Under the pieces are notes generated by a model, which did no database searches, had not been told where the DNA came from, and saw nothing but the letters and a program-made list of their open reading frames with translations. Of a stretch of 53,253 nt of DNA, positions 20,472 to 28,961 are shown piece by piece (position 1 is the first letter of the stretch; every line of letters begins with the position of its first letter). Source of the DNA: an uncultured Candidatus Saccharibacteria bacterium (GTDB lineage: Bacteria; Patescibacteriota; JABMPQ01; JAQVVF01); NCBI GenBank assembly GCA_964574655.1, contig CAZNOH010000001.1:601020-654272 (forward strand), given 5' to 3'. The translations under genes were made by a program, and so were the position numbers.

Positions 20472-21092
20472 TTATTTAGAATATGACTCAATAATTTGCT
20501 TCATGCCAATTGAGTGATCTATATCAGCTAAGGCTGGCATCGAAAGCACTTTGCCGGAAAAATCTTTTGGATTAACATCAAGCCAACGAGGAACTGAATC
20601 TTTGATAATTGCTTTAGGAATATTTATGAAATAGTTGTTGACTTTTGATTTGTCCTTAATCTTCACAACGTCGTTGATCTTTAGTTGGTGAGAAGCAATG
20701 TCAACAGGCTTGTCATTTACTAAAACATGACCATGATTTACAATCTGACGGCTTAAATTTCTGGACTTTGCAAAGCCTAATCTGAAAACAATATTATCTA
20801 ATCTTGTTTCTAGCAATTGAGCAATCTTTTCACCAGTAACGCCTTTTTGCTTGCTAGCTTTTTGATAATAGCTCTTAAATTGTTTTTCGCGAAGTCCATA
20901 AATCTTTTTAGCTTTTTGCTTTTCAAAAAGCTGAGTACCAAATTCAGACATTTTTCTATGTTTTTGATCTCCATGAATGCCAGGAGGGTAATTTCTTCTT
21001 GCTATTGCGCATTTTGTTGTATTGCAACGATCACCTTTCAAAAAAAGTTTTTCACCATAGCGTCGGCATTTTTTGCATTTCTTGTATTGCAT
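20472..21092 (-). CDS. rpsD: 30S ribosomal protein S4 (Cys-containing form)
   Basis: CKKCRR.G.KLFLKG.RC...KC, EKQK and LE.RLDN.V.R.GF motifs. Confidence 0.98.
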   Translation of the reverse strand: MQYKKCKKCRRYGEKLFLKGDRCNTTKCAIARRNYPPGIHGDQKHRKMSEFGTQLFEKQKAKKIYGLREKQFKSYYQKASKQKGVTGEKIAQLLETRLDNIVFRLGFAKSRNLSRQIVNHGHVLVNDKPVDIASHQLKINDVVKIKDKSKVNNYFINIPKAIIKDSVPRWLDVNPKDFSGKVLSMPALADIDHSIGMKQIIESYSK

Positions 21093-21148
21093 AATGTAAA
21101 TAGAAAATGTATGAATAAATTATTGATACTAAACTAAGATTTTGTTCC

Positions 21149-21544
21149 TTACACTCTTCTTACTTTTCGAGGACGGCAACCATTATGTGGAATTGGCGTA
21201 ATATCTTTAATAGAAACGATATTCAAGCCATTGGAATATAAAGCTCTGATCGCTGCTTCTCGTCCGCCTCCGATACCTCTGACAAAAACGTCAATTTCAC
21301 TCAAACCAGTTGGATGTGCTTTTGTGATTGCATCTTTTACTATCTCTGTTGCAGCATATGGGGTGGATCTCTTTGCGCCTTTAAATCCTAGTTTTCCAGC
21401 GTTGCTCCAGGAAATCACATTGCCATTCAAATCTGTTAAAGAAATATGGGTGTTGTTGTAAGTAGACGAAATATAAGCACGACCCTTGCTAATTTTGCGG
21501 ACTACTTTCTTCTTTGCACTTTTTTTAGTAAATGTGTTTGCCAT
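21149..21544 (-). CDS. rpsK: 30S ribosomal protein S11
   Basis: NNT, GFKG..RSTPYAA and DITPIPHNGCRP motifs. Confidence 0.98.
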   Translation of the reverse strand: MANTFTKKSAKKKVVRKISKGRAYISSTYNNTHISLTDLNGNVISWSNAGKLGFKGAKRSTPYAATEIVKDAITKAHPTGLSEIDVFVRGIGGGREAAIRALYSNGLNIVSIKDITPIPHNGCRPRKVRRV

Positions 21545-21550
21545 AAATTT

Positions 21551-21940
21551 TTATGTCTTCTCTCCTGTTGCGCGCTTGCCACTGCCGGCTGTTCTTCTAA
21601 CATTGCCTCTCACTGTTCTTGAATTTGTCTTTGTTCTTTGGCCGCGAGCAGGAAGATTTCTAGCGTGTCTTGTGCCACGATAGCAATTTATTTCTTTTAA
21701 TCTTTTAATATTAAGCATTTTTTCTCTACGCAAATCACCTTCAACTTTATGTCTCTTTTCAATAAGATTCTTCAAAGTGTTGATTTCGTCAGTTGTCAAT
21801 TCCTTAGTTTTTTTGTTACAAGAGATATCAGCAGTCTTTAAGACTTTTTTGCTAAGCTTCAATCCGATACCATAAATATATGTCAAAGCGACATCTATTC
21901 TTTTTTCTGATGGGATTGTAATACTAGCGATTCTAGCCAT
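21551..21940 (-). CDS. rpsM: 30S ribosomal protein S13
   Basis: LTYIYGIG, EGDLRR and RH...LP.RGQRTKTN.RT motifs. Confidence 0.98.
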   Translation of the reverse strand: MARIASITIPSEKRIDVALTYIYGIGLKLSKKVLKTADISCNKKTKELTTDEINTLKNLIEKRHKVEGDLRREKMLNIKRLKEINCYRGTRHARNLPARGQRTKTNSRTVRGNVRRTAGSGKRATGEKT

Positions 21941-21980
21941 AAATATTAAAGTCTAAGAAATTAAAAATTTAAAATTAACG

Positions 21981-22094
21981 TTATCCTTGTCTTTGTTTAT
22001 GCTTTGGATTCTCGCAGATAATATAAACTCTACCCTTTCTGCGAACTGGTTTACATTTATTACAAAATTTTTTCACTGATGCACGTACTTTCAT
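21981..22094 (-). CDS. rpmJ: 50S ribosomal protein L36 (zinc-ribbon form), missing from the ORF track
   Basis: Manual translation: [37 protein letters not shown] (37 aa). Confidence 0.97.
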   Translation of the reverse strand: MKVRASVKKFCNKCKPVRRKGRVYIICENPKHKQRQG

Positions 22095-22095
22095 T

Positions 22096-22164
22096 GTTAA
22101 CTATTAACAGTTAACAACTAACAGTTAACAAGAAGTTAAATGTTAGTTATTAAAGGTTAATTGT
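22096..22164. repeat. Intergenic inverted heptamer array (GTTAACA type)
   Basis: gttaactattaacagttaacaactaacagttaac ... gttaaatgttagttattaaaggttaa. Confidence 0.6.
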
Positions 22165-22171
22165 TTTTCAA

Positions 22172-22399
22172 TTACAGCCTTCTAGTAATTCTACCCTTTG
22201 ATAAATCGTATGGACTCAATTCAATTAATACTTTGTCTCCTGGCAAAAGCTTGATTAGATTGATTCTCATTTTTCCTGAAGCGTAGCCAAAAATTTCATG
22301 GCCATTTTCAAGTTTGATTTTGAAATTGGCATTGGGCAAAGTTTCAACAACTTTTCCAGTTATCTCTATAATCTCTTTGCGTTGGGAATTTTTAGACAT
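22172..22399 (-). CDS. infA: Translation initiation factor IF-1
   Basis: G.V.E.LPNA.F, SGKMR...I...PGD.V and SPYDL.KGRI motifs. Confidence 0.97.
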   Translation of the reverse strand: MSKNSQRKEIIEITGKVVETLPNANFKIKLENGHEIFGYASGKMRINLIKLLPGDKVLIELSPYDLSKGRITRRL

Positions 22400-22408
22400 A
22401 AAACAAAT

Positions 22409-22507
22409 GGTGTAGCACTAATCTAATCCTGACGATTAAATTAAACAAAAAATATCAGCAACCTAGACGGCATTTGAGAACCGTCAGATTCAAATTAGTG
22501 CTGCACT
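22409..22507 (-). ncRNA. Putative structured 5' leader of the infA operon
   Basis: ~25-bp imperfect stem GTGCAGCACTAATTTGAATCTGACG / CGTCAGGATTAGATTAGTGCTACAC between the promoter and the infA start. Confidence 0.5.
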
Positions 22508-22518
22508 TATTTAGATTA

Positions 22519-22547
22519 ATTATATATCGTATTTTTGTTAATGTCAA
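22519..22547 (-). promoter_or_regulatory. Consensus sigma70 promoter of the infA-rpoA operon
   Basis: TTGACA-17 nt-TATAAT on -. Confidence 0.85.
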
Positions 22548-22576
22548 TGAATTTTTGATACTTTTTTTGATTTGGC

Positions 22577-24208
22577 TTAGTTAAGCTCTTTTTCGTTAAT
22601 TTCAATCTTACTTTTTATGCGTGGAACTTTTTTTACCCAAAATGGCCATAGTATTACTTCGGCTTTATAAACATAAGGATTTGTCATTATATAGTCTTTT
22701 GCTTCTTGTGATTTCTTGCCAACGATATTATCCTTGACTTCTTGTTCGTCAATTTTCGTAAACATTTTTTTGTCTAGAGAAATCTTAACATTTATTTTGT
22801 TTTCTTCCTGTGATATTTTTTCATACTTAATTCCACTGTCTAAATTTTCGTCAAGCAATTGTTTATTTTCTGGCAGAAAACTTTTTGCATCACTAAAAAC
22901 TATATTTTGCAGATCGCTTTTTGCGACGTATGGAATTGTACTTTTTACAGCGATAGACATTTTGAAATCTTTTGTCTCTTTGTTTTCTTCTCCTGACGTT
23001 TTGGAATCAAGGATTTCATTTTTTATTGCGCCATCCATAATAATTTTGTCATTTGGTATTTTTGTCTTATATTCTTCAATTATTTTTTGACTAACTTTCG
23101 CCAATAAATCTTCTTTTGCTTTTTTTAGATCATCTGATGTTATGACTGTAATTTTCTTTGATTCACCGCCAGAGATTGATTGTATTGTCTCAGCATAGAT
23201 AACTTGCTGTTTGTCTAATGAAAGACCTGGAATTGCAAAAGCGCCGGCTTCTAGGTTGTATTCGTTGCCAAAAGCATCAGCTTCGATTGTTGCAGTAGCT
23301 CTTCCAGCGACTGTTTTTCCCTCCTCAATTTTGGCTCCAGGGACATTGACGTCGCCAGCTAAACGATATATTTTTCCATTATTGCCCATGAATCTGGTAG
23401 TCGCAACTAATGGTTGAGGATCTGATGAATATTTGTTGTAAATAGTTATCTGGCCATTAGCTTTCGTGCCAATATCCTTTTCGCCTGAAGCATTAAAATT
23501 TGCTTCATCGCTGCTTTTTTCAATTGTTGCAATTTCATAAGAGATTTGCTTGTCAGCGATATTAGGCGAACCAAGACCTTGCACAAGCGTTGCTTCTAAA
23601 TTGTGAGTGAATGGTTCTGTTTTTGGAGAATAAGAAATCTTTGCCTCAGGAAGAATAAAAATAATTGAAATAATGCTAATAACTAGACAAACTCCAAAAA
23701 AAGATAAAATTATTTTTGAAGTCAAGGAAGGCAATAAAATAAATTTTGATTTTTGATTTCCTGAAAATTTCTTTTTGAGAAGTTCGATTTGTTTTCTTTT
23801 TGAATCTTTTGATATTTCTTTGTAATCAGGCTTGTTTGCTTCTGGAGTTTCTTCTTTTTTTAATTTTTTAATATTCTTTAACAGCTCTGCTTCTTTATAC
23901 GATTTAAAAACTGGGCCGTCTTTAGAAATATCAGAAGCTTGTTCAGATTCCTGATCATCCTCGCTCTGAGGTTTTATTCTTAATTTTGCTTTTTGAGCTA
24001 AGACCTGACCAATTTCATCAGAAGTTGAAACTATTATATTCTTTTTTAAAATATCTGATTGGCGTTTTAGAATTTTTAAATTTACAATGCTTCTTATTAG
24101 CGGGGACTTATTTGGGAACACTAACTCAACGTTGCTATCTTGAACGTTTTTTATTTTATCAATTACGGAAATTATTTCATCGTCTTCTTCAAGATATAGA
24201 TGCTTCAT
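22577..24208 (-). CDS. Single-pass membrane protein with a baseplate J/gp47-like extracytoplasmic region (function unknown)
   Basis: Cytoplasmic N-domain (YL..DDEI.S.I), TM helix, KA.G.ITIYN...Q.L...TRF, V.VPG and G.EYN motifs; downstream of the FtsA-like gene. Confidence 0.6.
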   Translation of the reverse strand: MKHLYLEEDDEIISVIDKIKNVQDSNVELVFPNKSPLIRSIVNLKILKRQSDILKKNIIVSTSDEIGQVLAQKAKLRIKPQSEDDQESEQASDISKDGPVFKSYKEAELLKNIKKLKKEETPEANKPDYKEISKDSKRKQIELLKKKFSGNQKSKFILLPSLTSKIILSFFGVCLVISIISIIFILPEAKISYSPKTEPFTHNLEATLVQGLGSPNIADKQISYEIATIEKSSDEANFNASGEKDIGTKANGQITIYNKYSSDPQPLVATTRFMGNNGKIYRLAGDVNVPGAKIEEGKTVAGRATATIEADAFGNEYNLEAGAFAIPGLSLDKQQVIYAETIQSISGGESKKITVITSDDLKKAKEDLLAKVSQKIIEEYKTKIPNDKIIMDGAIKNEILDSKTSGEENKETKDFKMSIAVKSTIPYVAKSDLQNIVFSDAKSFLPENKQLLDENLDSGIKYEKISQEENKINVKISLDKKMFTKIDEQEVKDNIVGKKSQEAKDYIMTNPYVYKAEVILWPFWVKKVPRIKSKIEINEKELN

Positions 24209-24217
24209 CTTAGAATA

Positions 24218-24322
24218 AAATTACAAATCCCAAATTCCAAACAATACACAAATCACAATTCACAAACAGCTTTGTAATTTGTATTTTGGGATTTGTTTGT
24301 AATTTGGAATTTGTGATTTGGC
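24218..24322. repeat. Intergenic inverted heptamer array (CAAATCC/CAAATTA type)
   Basis: aaattacaaatcccaaattccaaacaa ... ttgtttgtaatttggaatttgtgatttg. Confidence 0.8.
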
Positions 24323-24329
24323 ATTTTCG

Positions 24330-25595
24330 TTAGGTGTGCATCATATTAACAACTTTTCTCAAAATTCCTTGCAATGGCTCTTCTTCTCCAGCTAAATCTA
24401 AAGCTAAATTTGCCAAAGCCATAGGAGTTACATCTTGCTGGCTTTTTAATAAACCTGTTTTATCAACAATGCTTGCAACATCAGCTGGCTTTAGAAAATT
24501 TATTTTTGGCTTTTTTGTAAAAGGTAAGTTTTTTACCCAATCATCGCTTTGCAAAGCAGTTTTGATGCCTAACAAAGCGCTACCGCCACCACAAAGTAAA
24601 ATTTCTGATGGCAAATGATCAATATGGTCAAATTCGGATAAAGCTAATTCAACGCCAGATAGCCAAACTTGGCAATCTGAATCTAAAGCTTTTTTAACTT
24701 GCTTAACTAAATCTTGCTTAAGCAAATTCTTGGAATATTTTATTTTTATTTCTTCAGCTTCAGAAAAATTTATTTTTAATTCATTGGCTAATCTTTTAGT
24801 AAAAGCACGGCCTCCCAAGCCAAACATTTTTGTCCCTTCTAAAATGCCGTTTTTGACAACAGCAACATCTGTTGTTCCTCCGCCAATATCAATAAAGATT
24901 GCTGAATATTCTTTTGAATCTTCTTTATCTTGGCATGAAGCAACTGCATAAGGTTCTGCTGCAATTGATAATAAATCCATTTCTAAATCTGTTGAGATTG
25001 ATTCTAATGCGCCTAAGTGAACCAAAGGAGCATAGGCATTAAATATAGAAATACTGATATCCTTGCCTTGGAAGCCGATTGGATTGGCTATTCTGTAGCC
25101 ATCAATACGAACATCAACAATTGCAGCGTTAATTAATTTAACATCAATTTCATCCAAACCTGTTTCCCAAGAAAGTTGCTTGCGAACTTTGTTGAAAGCT
25201 TGCCATTGAACTTTCTGTAAAATATTCTTTAATTCTGGAAAATCAATTTTTACTTTTGGCTTTTTTCTTTCGTAATGAACATTAGTTGTAATGCCTTTTA
25301 CTAATTCACCAGCTATGCCTAAAATAACTTGGTCTGGTTTGACATCAGCCATTTTTTCTGCTTGTTCAATTGCCTTTTCTGCTGATCTGACAACTCCTTG
25401 GATATCGGTAACAGCTCCGGCATGAATATCGGAAAGTTTTTGTTTCTGACGGCCGACTCCAATAACATAGCCTCTCTGCTCATCAGGCTTTATTTCAAAA
25501 ATCAAAGCTTTGACAAGATCAGTGCCAATATCTAAAGCAAGCGCATAGTTTCCTTTTTGTTTTTCTTGCGGGAAGAATTTATCAAATAATCCCAT
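24330..25595 (-). CDS. FtsA-like actin-fold ATPase
   Basis: ALDIGT..VK, G.V.DI..V, AEPYA.A, DIGGGTTD.A and LCGGGS.L motifs; AEEIK helix. Confidence 0.8.
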   Translation of the reverse strand: MGLFDKFFPQEKQKGNYALALDIGTDLVKALIFEIKPDEQRGYVIGVGRQKQKLSDIHAGAVTDIQGVVRSAEKAIEQAEKMADVKPDQVILGIAGELVKGITTNVHYERKKPKVKIDFPELKNILQKVQWQAFNKVRKQLSWETGLDEIDVKLINAAIVDVRIDGYRIANPIGFQGKDISISIFNAYAPLVHLGALESISTDLEMDLLSIAAEPYAVASCQDKEDSKEYSAIFIDIGGGTTDVAVVKNGILEGTKMFGLGGRAFTKRLANELKINFSEAEEIKIKYSKNLLKQDLVKQVKKALDSDCQVWLSGVELALSEFDHIDHLPSEILLCGGGSALLGIKTALQSDDWVKNLPFTKKPKINFLKPADVASIVDKTGLLKSQQDVTPMALANLALDLAGEEEPLQGILRKVVNMMHT

Positions 25596-25599
25596 AAAT

Positions 25600-25652
25600 A
25601 TAATACAAATATACGAATGAATACAAATGATACGAATTACGAATCGACGAAT
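25600..25652. repeat. Tandem degenerate TACGAAT repeats
   Basis: atacaaatatacgaatgaatacaaatgatacgaattacgaatcgacgaat. Confidence 0.55.
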
Positions 25653-25749
25653 AATTGAGAGTTATAAAGTCGTACAACTATAAAAATGATACTAAGGGGT
25701 ATCTGGTAATTTTATTATACCACATTTTAATTTTTGTTATACAGAAGAT

Positions 25750-25779
25750 TTGACAATATATCGATAAATTTGTTATCTT
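25750..25779 (+). promoter_or_regulatory. Putative sigma70 promoter of orphan 25827
   Basis: TTGACA-18 nt-TATCTT with extended -10 TG. Confidence 0.55.
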
Positions 25780-25826
25780 TTAATATCCAGCATGATTCTA
25801 GCACTCTGAAAAAGGAGGAAAAAGAG

Positions 25827-26111
25827 ATGAGAGAATTCCAAGACGGGGACAGGATTGTTTGTACTTTGCTAAATAGAGGAGAGAGAGCAATTGGTACTTT
25901 TTTAGAATTGCATGATGCAAAAGATGAATTGGTAAATTGGCCGAATCATGATAAAGCTAGGCTCACTTTTCGCATATATGATTTTGCTATGTTGCACGAA
26001 TTTCTGTATTTTATTGCACGACTGAACGGTTTTCGATTAAGTCTGCGAAGCGGAAAAAACATTCCAGATACTAAAAAAGTTTTTGTCCTCCATAAAATCG
26101 TCGCACCGTGA
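25827..26111 (+). CDS. Orphan hypothetical protein (94 aa), SD-led
   Basis: AAGGAGG 8 nt before ATG 25827; terminator GACTCAT-N5-ATGGGTC-T7 at 26110-26135. Confidence 0.6.
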   Translation: MREFQDGDRIVCTLLNRGERAIGTFLELHDAKDELVNWPNHDKARLTFRIYDFAMLHEFLYFIARLNGFRLSLRSGKNIPDTKKVFVLHKIVAP

Positions 26112-26167
26112 CTCATTTTTTATGGGTCTTTTTTTATTCCAAAATCGCTTTAATTCTCATTCTGAAC

Positions 26168-26207
26168 TGTGGATAATATTGCTATTTTTATAAAAACATG
26201 CTATATT
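26168..26207 (+). promoter_or_regulatory. Promoter of the DUF3800-associated RNA, preceded by a DnaA-box match
   Basis: TGTGGATAA at 26168-26176; TTGCTA(26179)-17 nt-TATATT(26202) with extended -10 TG. Confidence 0.6.
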
Positions 26208-26213
26208 TGAATT

Positions 26214-26312
26214 ACAAAGACCTGTATTCTGAACTATCACCGGATGGTGGTGTGGCTAGGACAACTAGCATAGGAACGTGGTCGGAAACATCCCCTTTTG
26301 GGGCTGTTTTTT
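26214..26312 (+). ncRNA. Structured small RNA convergent with the DUF3800 gene (DUF3800 RNA motif-like)
   Basis: Closing stem GACC../..GGTC, hairpins ACTATCA-CCGGA-TGGTGGT and GCTAG-GACAA-CTAGC, then terminator AAACA-TCCCC-TTTT-GGGGC-TGTTTTTT; GC-rich relative to flanks; no ORF. Confidence 0.65.
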
Positions 26313-26313
26313 G

Positions 26314-26940
26314 TTATTTGAATATCCATTCATCTTCGATATGTTTTCTTATAATATTTTTGTAGATTTTATGATCAGTTTTTTCTACATCGTAGTATCT
26401 TCTTATACTGCCAACAATCATATCAGCCATTTGAATTAAAACATTGTTTTTAGAATTAACAAGTTCGCAGTGTTTAATAATTTTTATTTCTTTAGAATTA
26501 AGTTGTTTTTTCAAATAAGCTAGAAAAGATCTTCTGAATGTTCTATCACCACTTCCATCTATTTTTATTGATGCGTCCGAAATAGAATTATTATTAAATT
26601 TTAGTAGGGTTTTAATAAAATAACTGTAAAATGATTCTTTATTATTTTTTAATTCTAGACTTCGAATATTTTTCTTATTTACAATTATTGAGCGAATTTT
26701 GAAATTAAAACAATTTATAGTTTTTAAAAATTTTTCTCTAACAACACGTCTTGATTTGTTAAATTTAAATTCTACATGATCTGAAAAATTCATTTCTCTG
26801 CGAATTTCTTTAATCCTAACGGCAGTTTTTTCTGCTACTAAATTATCATTAAACATTATTGCGCTTATAACAAAAAAATTGCTTGAACCTTTGCCAAGCT
26901 TAAATCCAGCATCGCCTGAATCATCAATAAAAACTAGCAT
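26314..26940 (-). CDS. DUF3800 family protein (RNase H-like fold)
   Basis: N-terminal FIDDSGD, central E.KF and ID, C-terminal S..N.LIQMAD..G motifs typical of DUF3800. Confidence 0.85.
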   Translation of the reverse strand: MLVFIDDSGDAGFKLGKGSSNFFVISAIMFNDNLVAEKTAVRIKEIRREMNFSDHVEFKFNKSRRVVREKFLKTINCFNFKIRSIIVNKKNIRSLELKNNKESFYSYFIKTLLKFNNNSISDASIKIDGSGDRTFRRSFLAYLKKQLNSKEIKIIKHCELVNSKNNVLIQMADMIVGSIRRYYDVEKTDHKIYKNIIRKHIEDEWIFK

Positions 26941-26969
26941 GAGTTTTTGCTCAACTATTATTTAATTTT

Positions 26970-27028
26970 AACTGGTTACATTTTGTAACCGGTTTATTTT
27001 CAGTCCGTGACATTTTGTCACCAACTGA
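26970..27028. promoter_or_regulatory. Two related palindromes upstream of the DUF3800 gene
   Basis: AACTGGTTACA-TTT-TGTAACCGGTT (26970-26994) and GTGACA-TTT-TGTCAC (27007-27021). Confidence 0.55.
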
Positions 27029-27032
27029 TTTT

Positions 27033-28841
27033 TTAATCCAAAATTGCTTTAATTCTTCTTACTCCTGCTGAACTTGACTCTTCTTTTTTTATTCTAAAAT
27101 GATGCAATTCTTTGGTATTTTTGGCATGAGGACCGCCACAGATTTCCTTAGAGAAGTCGCCGATTGAATAAACTTTAACTTTGTCACCATATTTCTCGGC
27201 AAACAAACCTATTGCACCGGAAGCTTTGGCATCGCTAACTGACATTTCTTCCATTTTGATATCTAAATTTTTTTCAATTTGATCGTTCACTATTTTTTCA
27301 ACTTGGACTAACTGTTCAGGCGTCATTTTTTGATCATAATTAAAATCAAAACGCAATCTTTCTGGATTAATATTACTGCCTTTTTGTTGGACTTGATTGC
27401 CTAAAACTTGACGCAAAGCTTGATGTAAAAGATGAGTTGCAGTATGCAATTTTGTTGTCGTTTCAGAATGATCTGCAAGACCACCTTTAAATTTTTTCTC
27501 TGCACCCTTTCTGGACAATGCTTGATGTTTTACAAATTCTAAACCAAATTCTTTTTCATCAACGCTAAATCCTTTTTCTTTTGCCAATTCTTTGGTCATT
27601 TCAATTGGAAAACCATAAGTGTCATAAAGATGAAATGCGTCTAAGCCTGATATTCTTTTATTACCGAGACGATGCATTGCATCGTCTCTACGCGACGTTA
27701 TTTTTTCAAATATTCTTAGACCCTTAGATAACGATATTTCAAAGCGATCTTCCTCGTCTTGTAGTTCTCGCAAAATAAAATCTTTTTGGTCTAATAATTT
27801 TGGATATCTGGCTTTATAAATGTTTATAAATAAACTAGCAATTTGCTGATTTACATTTTCTTCTTTTTTAATTTCTAGTAACTTTGCATGACGAACTGCG
27901 CGTCTAATTAAGCGCCTCAAAATATAGCCTTGATCTAAATTAGAAGGTCTGACTCCGTCCATCAGTAAAAACACTGAGGCACGAATATGATCAGCGATAA
28001 TTCTTTTTGATTTGATTGGATCTTTGGCAACATTTTGTTCATTAACCTGGCCAATTAATTTTTCCTCTAACAAGTCCATAACAGGTTTAAACAATTCTGT
28101 TTCGTAAGAATTATCAAATGCGTGTAAAATGGCTAAAGTTCTTTCTACTCCCATGCCAGTATCAATATTTTTCTGAGCCAGAGGTAAAAACTTAGCTTCT
28201 TCTGTTTTGTTATATTGCATAAAAACAATATTCCAAATTTCAACATATTTTCCGCAACCACAGCCTGGCCTACAAATATCAGAGCATTTTTCTTGGTCAG
28301 TGTCATAAAAAATTTCACTGTCAGGGCCAGTTGGTCCGACTTCGCCAGTAGGTCCCCACCAATTATCTTTTTTAGGAAGTGGACAAATTCGTTCTTTTGG
28401 AATTCCTAAAGACAACCAAGTTTTGATTGCTTCCTCGTCTTTTGGAGCATCCTTGTCACCAGCAAAAACTGTGACTGATAATTTTCCAGGATAAATATTG
28501 AGCCATTTTTTGCCGGTCAAAAATTCATAAGCAAATTTGATAGCATCTTCTTTAAAATAGTCGCCTAAAGACCAATTGCCAAGCATCTCAAAAAAAGTAG
28601 AATGCCAAGCATCGCCAACGTTATCAATATCAACGGTTCTCAAACATCTTTGATTGTCAGCTAACCTTTTTCCTTGAGGATGTTTTTCGCCCAGTAAAAA
28701 AGGAACCAAGGGATGCATTCCAGACGTAGTAAACAAAACAGATGGATCGTGTTCTGGAATCAAAGAAGCACCAGGAATTATTTGATGGTTTTTGCTTTTG
28801 AAAAATTCTAAATATTTGTCTATTAAATCTTGTGAAGTCAT
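27033..28841 (-). CDS. alaS: Alanyl-tRNA synthetase, compact form (no C-Ala domain)
   Basis: LFT.SGM, H.TFFEMLGNWS, EIWN.VF, DTGMG.ER, LYDTYGFP, HTATHLL and CGGPH motifs; ends at GVRRI.A; 602 aa. Confidence 0.97.
   Translation of the reverse strand: MTSQDLIDKYLEFFKSKNHQIIPGASLIPEHDPSVLFTTSGMHPLVPFLLGEKHPQGKRLADNQRCLRTVDIDNVGDAWHSTFFEMLGNWSLGDYFKEDAIKFAYEFLTGKKWLNIYPGKLSVTVFAGDKDAPKDEEAIKTWLSLGIPKERICPLPKKDNWWGPTGEVGPTGPDSEIFYDTDQEKCSDICRPGCGCGKYVEIWNIVFMQYNKTEEAKFLPLAQKNIDTGMGVERTLAILHAFDNSYETELFKPVMDLLEEKLIGQVNEQNVAKDPIKSKRIIADHIRASVFLLMDGVRPSNLDQGYILRRLIRRAVRHAKLLEIKKEENVNQQIASLFINIYKARYPKLLDQKDFILRELQDEEDRFEISLSKGLRIFEKITSRRDDAMHRLGNKRISGLDAFHLYDTYGFPIEMTKELAKEKGFSVDEKEFGLEFVKHQALSRKGAEKKFKGGLADHSETTTKLHTATHLLHQALRQVLGNQVQQKGSNINPERLRFDFNYDQKMTPEQLVQVEKIVNDQIEKNLDIKMEEMSVSDAKASGAIGLFAEKYGDKVKVYSIGDFSKEICGGPHAKNTKELHHFRIKKEESSSAGVRRIKAILD
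27666..27691 (-). repeat. REP-type palindrome inside alaS
   Basis: GTAGAGACGATGCA-A-TGCATCGTCTC on - (perfect 11-bp arms); encodes part of SRRDDAMHRLG. Confidence 0.8.
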
Positions 28842-28847
28842 ATGTTT

Positions 28848-28960
28848 TAAAATTCTAAATCCTAAACTCTAAATAAACTCAAAATCTAAAATTAAAATCG
28901 GTTTTTTTAGTTTTTTATTTTGGATTTATTTAGAATTTAGAGTTTAGGATTTAGGATTTC
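28848..28960. repeat. Intergenic inverted heptamer array (TCCTAAA family, copy 3)
   Basis: aaattctaaatcctaaactctaaataaa ... tttatttagaatttagagtttaggatttaggattt. Confidence 0.8.
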
Positions 28961-28961
28961 G

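Noticed and set aside
22577..24208. Prophage suggested by the baseplate J-like region
   Set aside because: The protein has a TM helix, its neighbours are housekeeping genes, and there are no other phage genes
26168..26176. Replication origin suggested by a DnaA box
   Set aside because: Only one perfect box was noticed, plus distant single-mismatch copies near 41396 and 46730. There is no cluster, no dnaA and no switch in gene orientation
26214..26312. The ncRNA as a tRNA or a riboswitch
   Set aside because: It has no T-loop or anticodon arm, and there is no downstream same-strand gene for it to regulate
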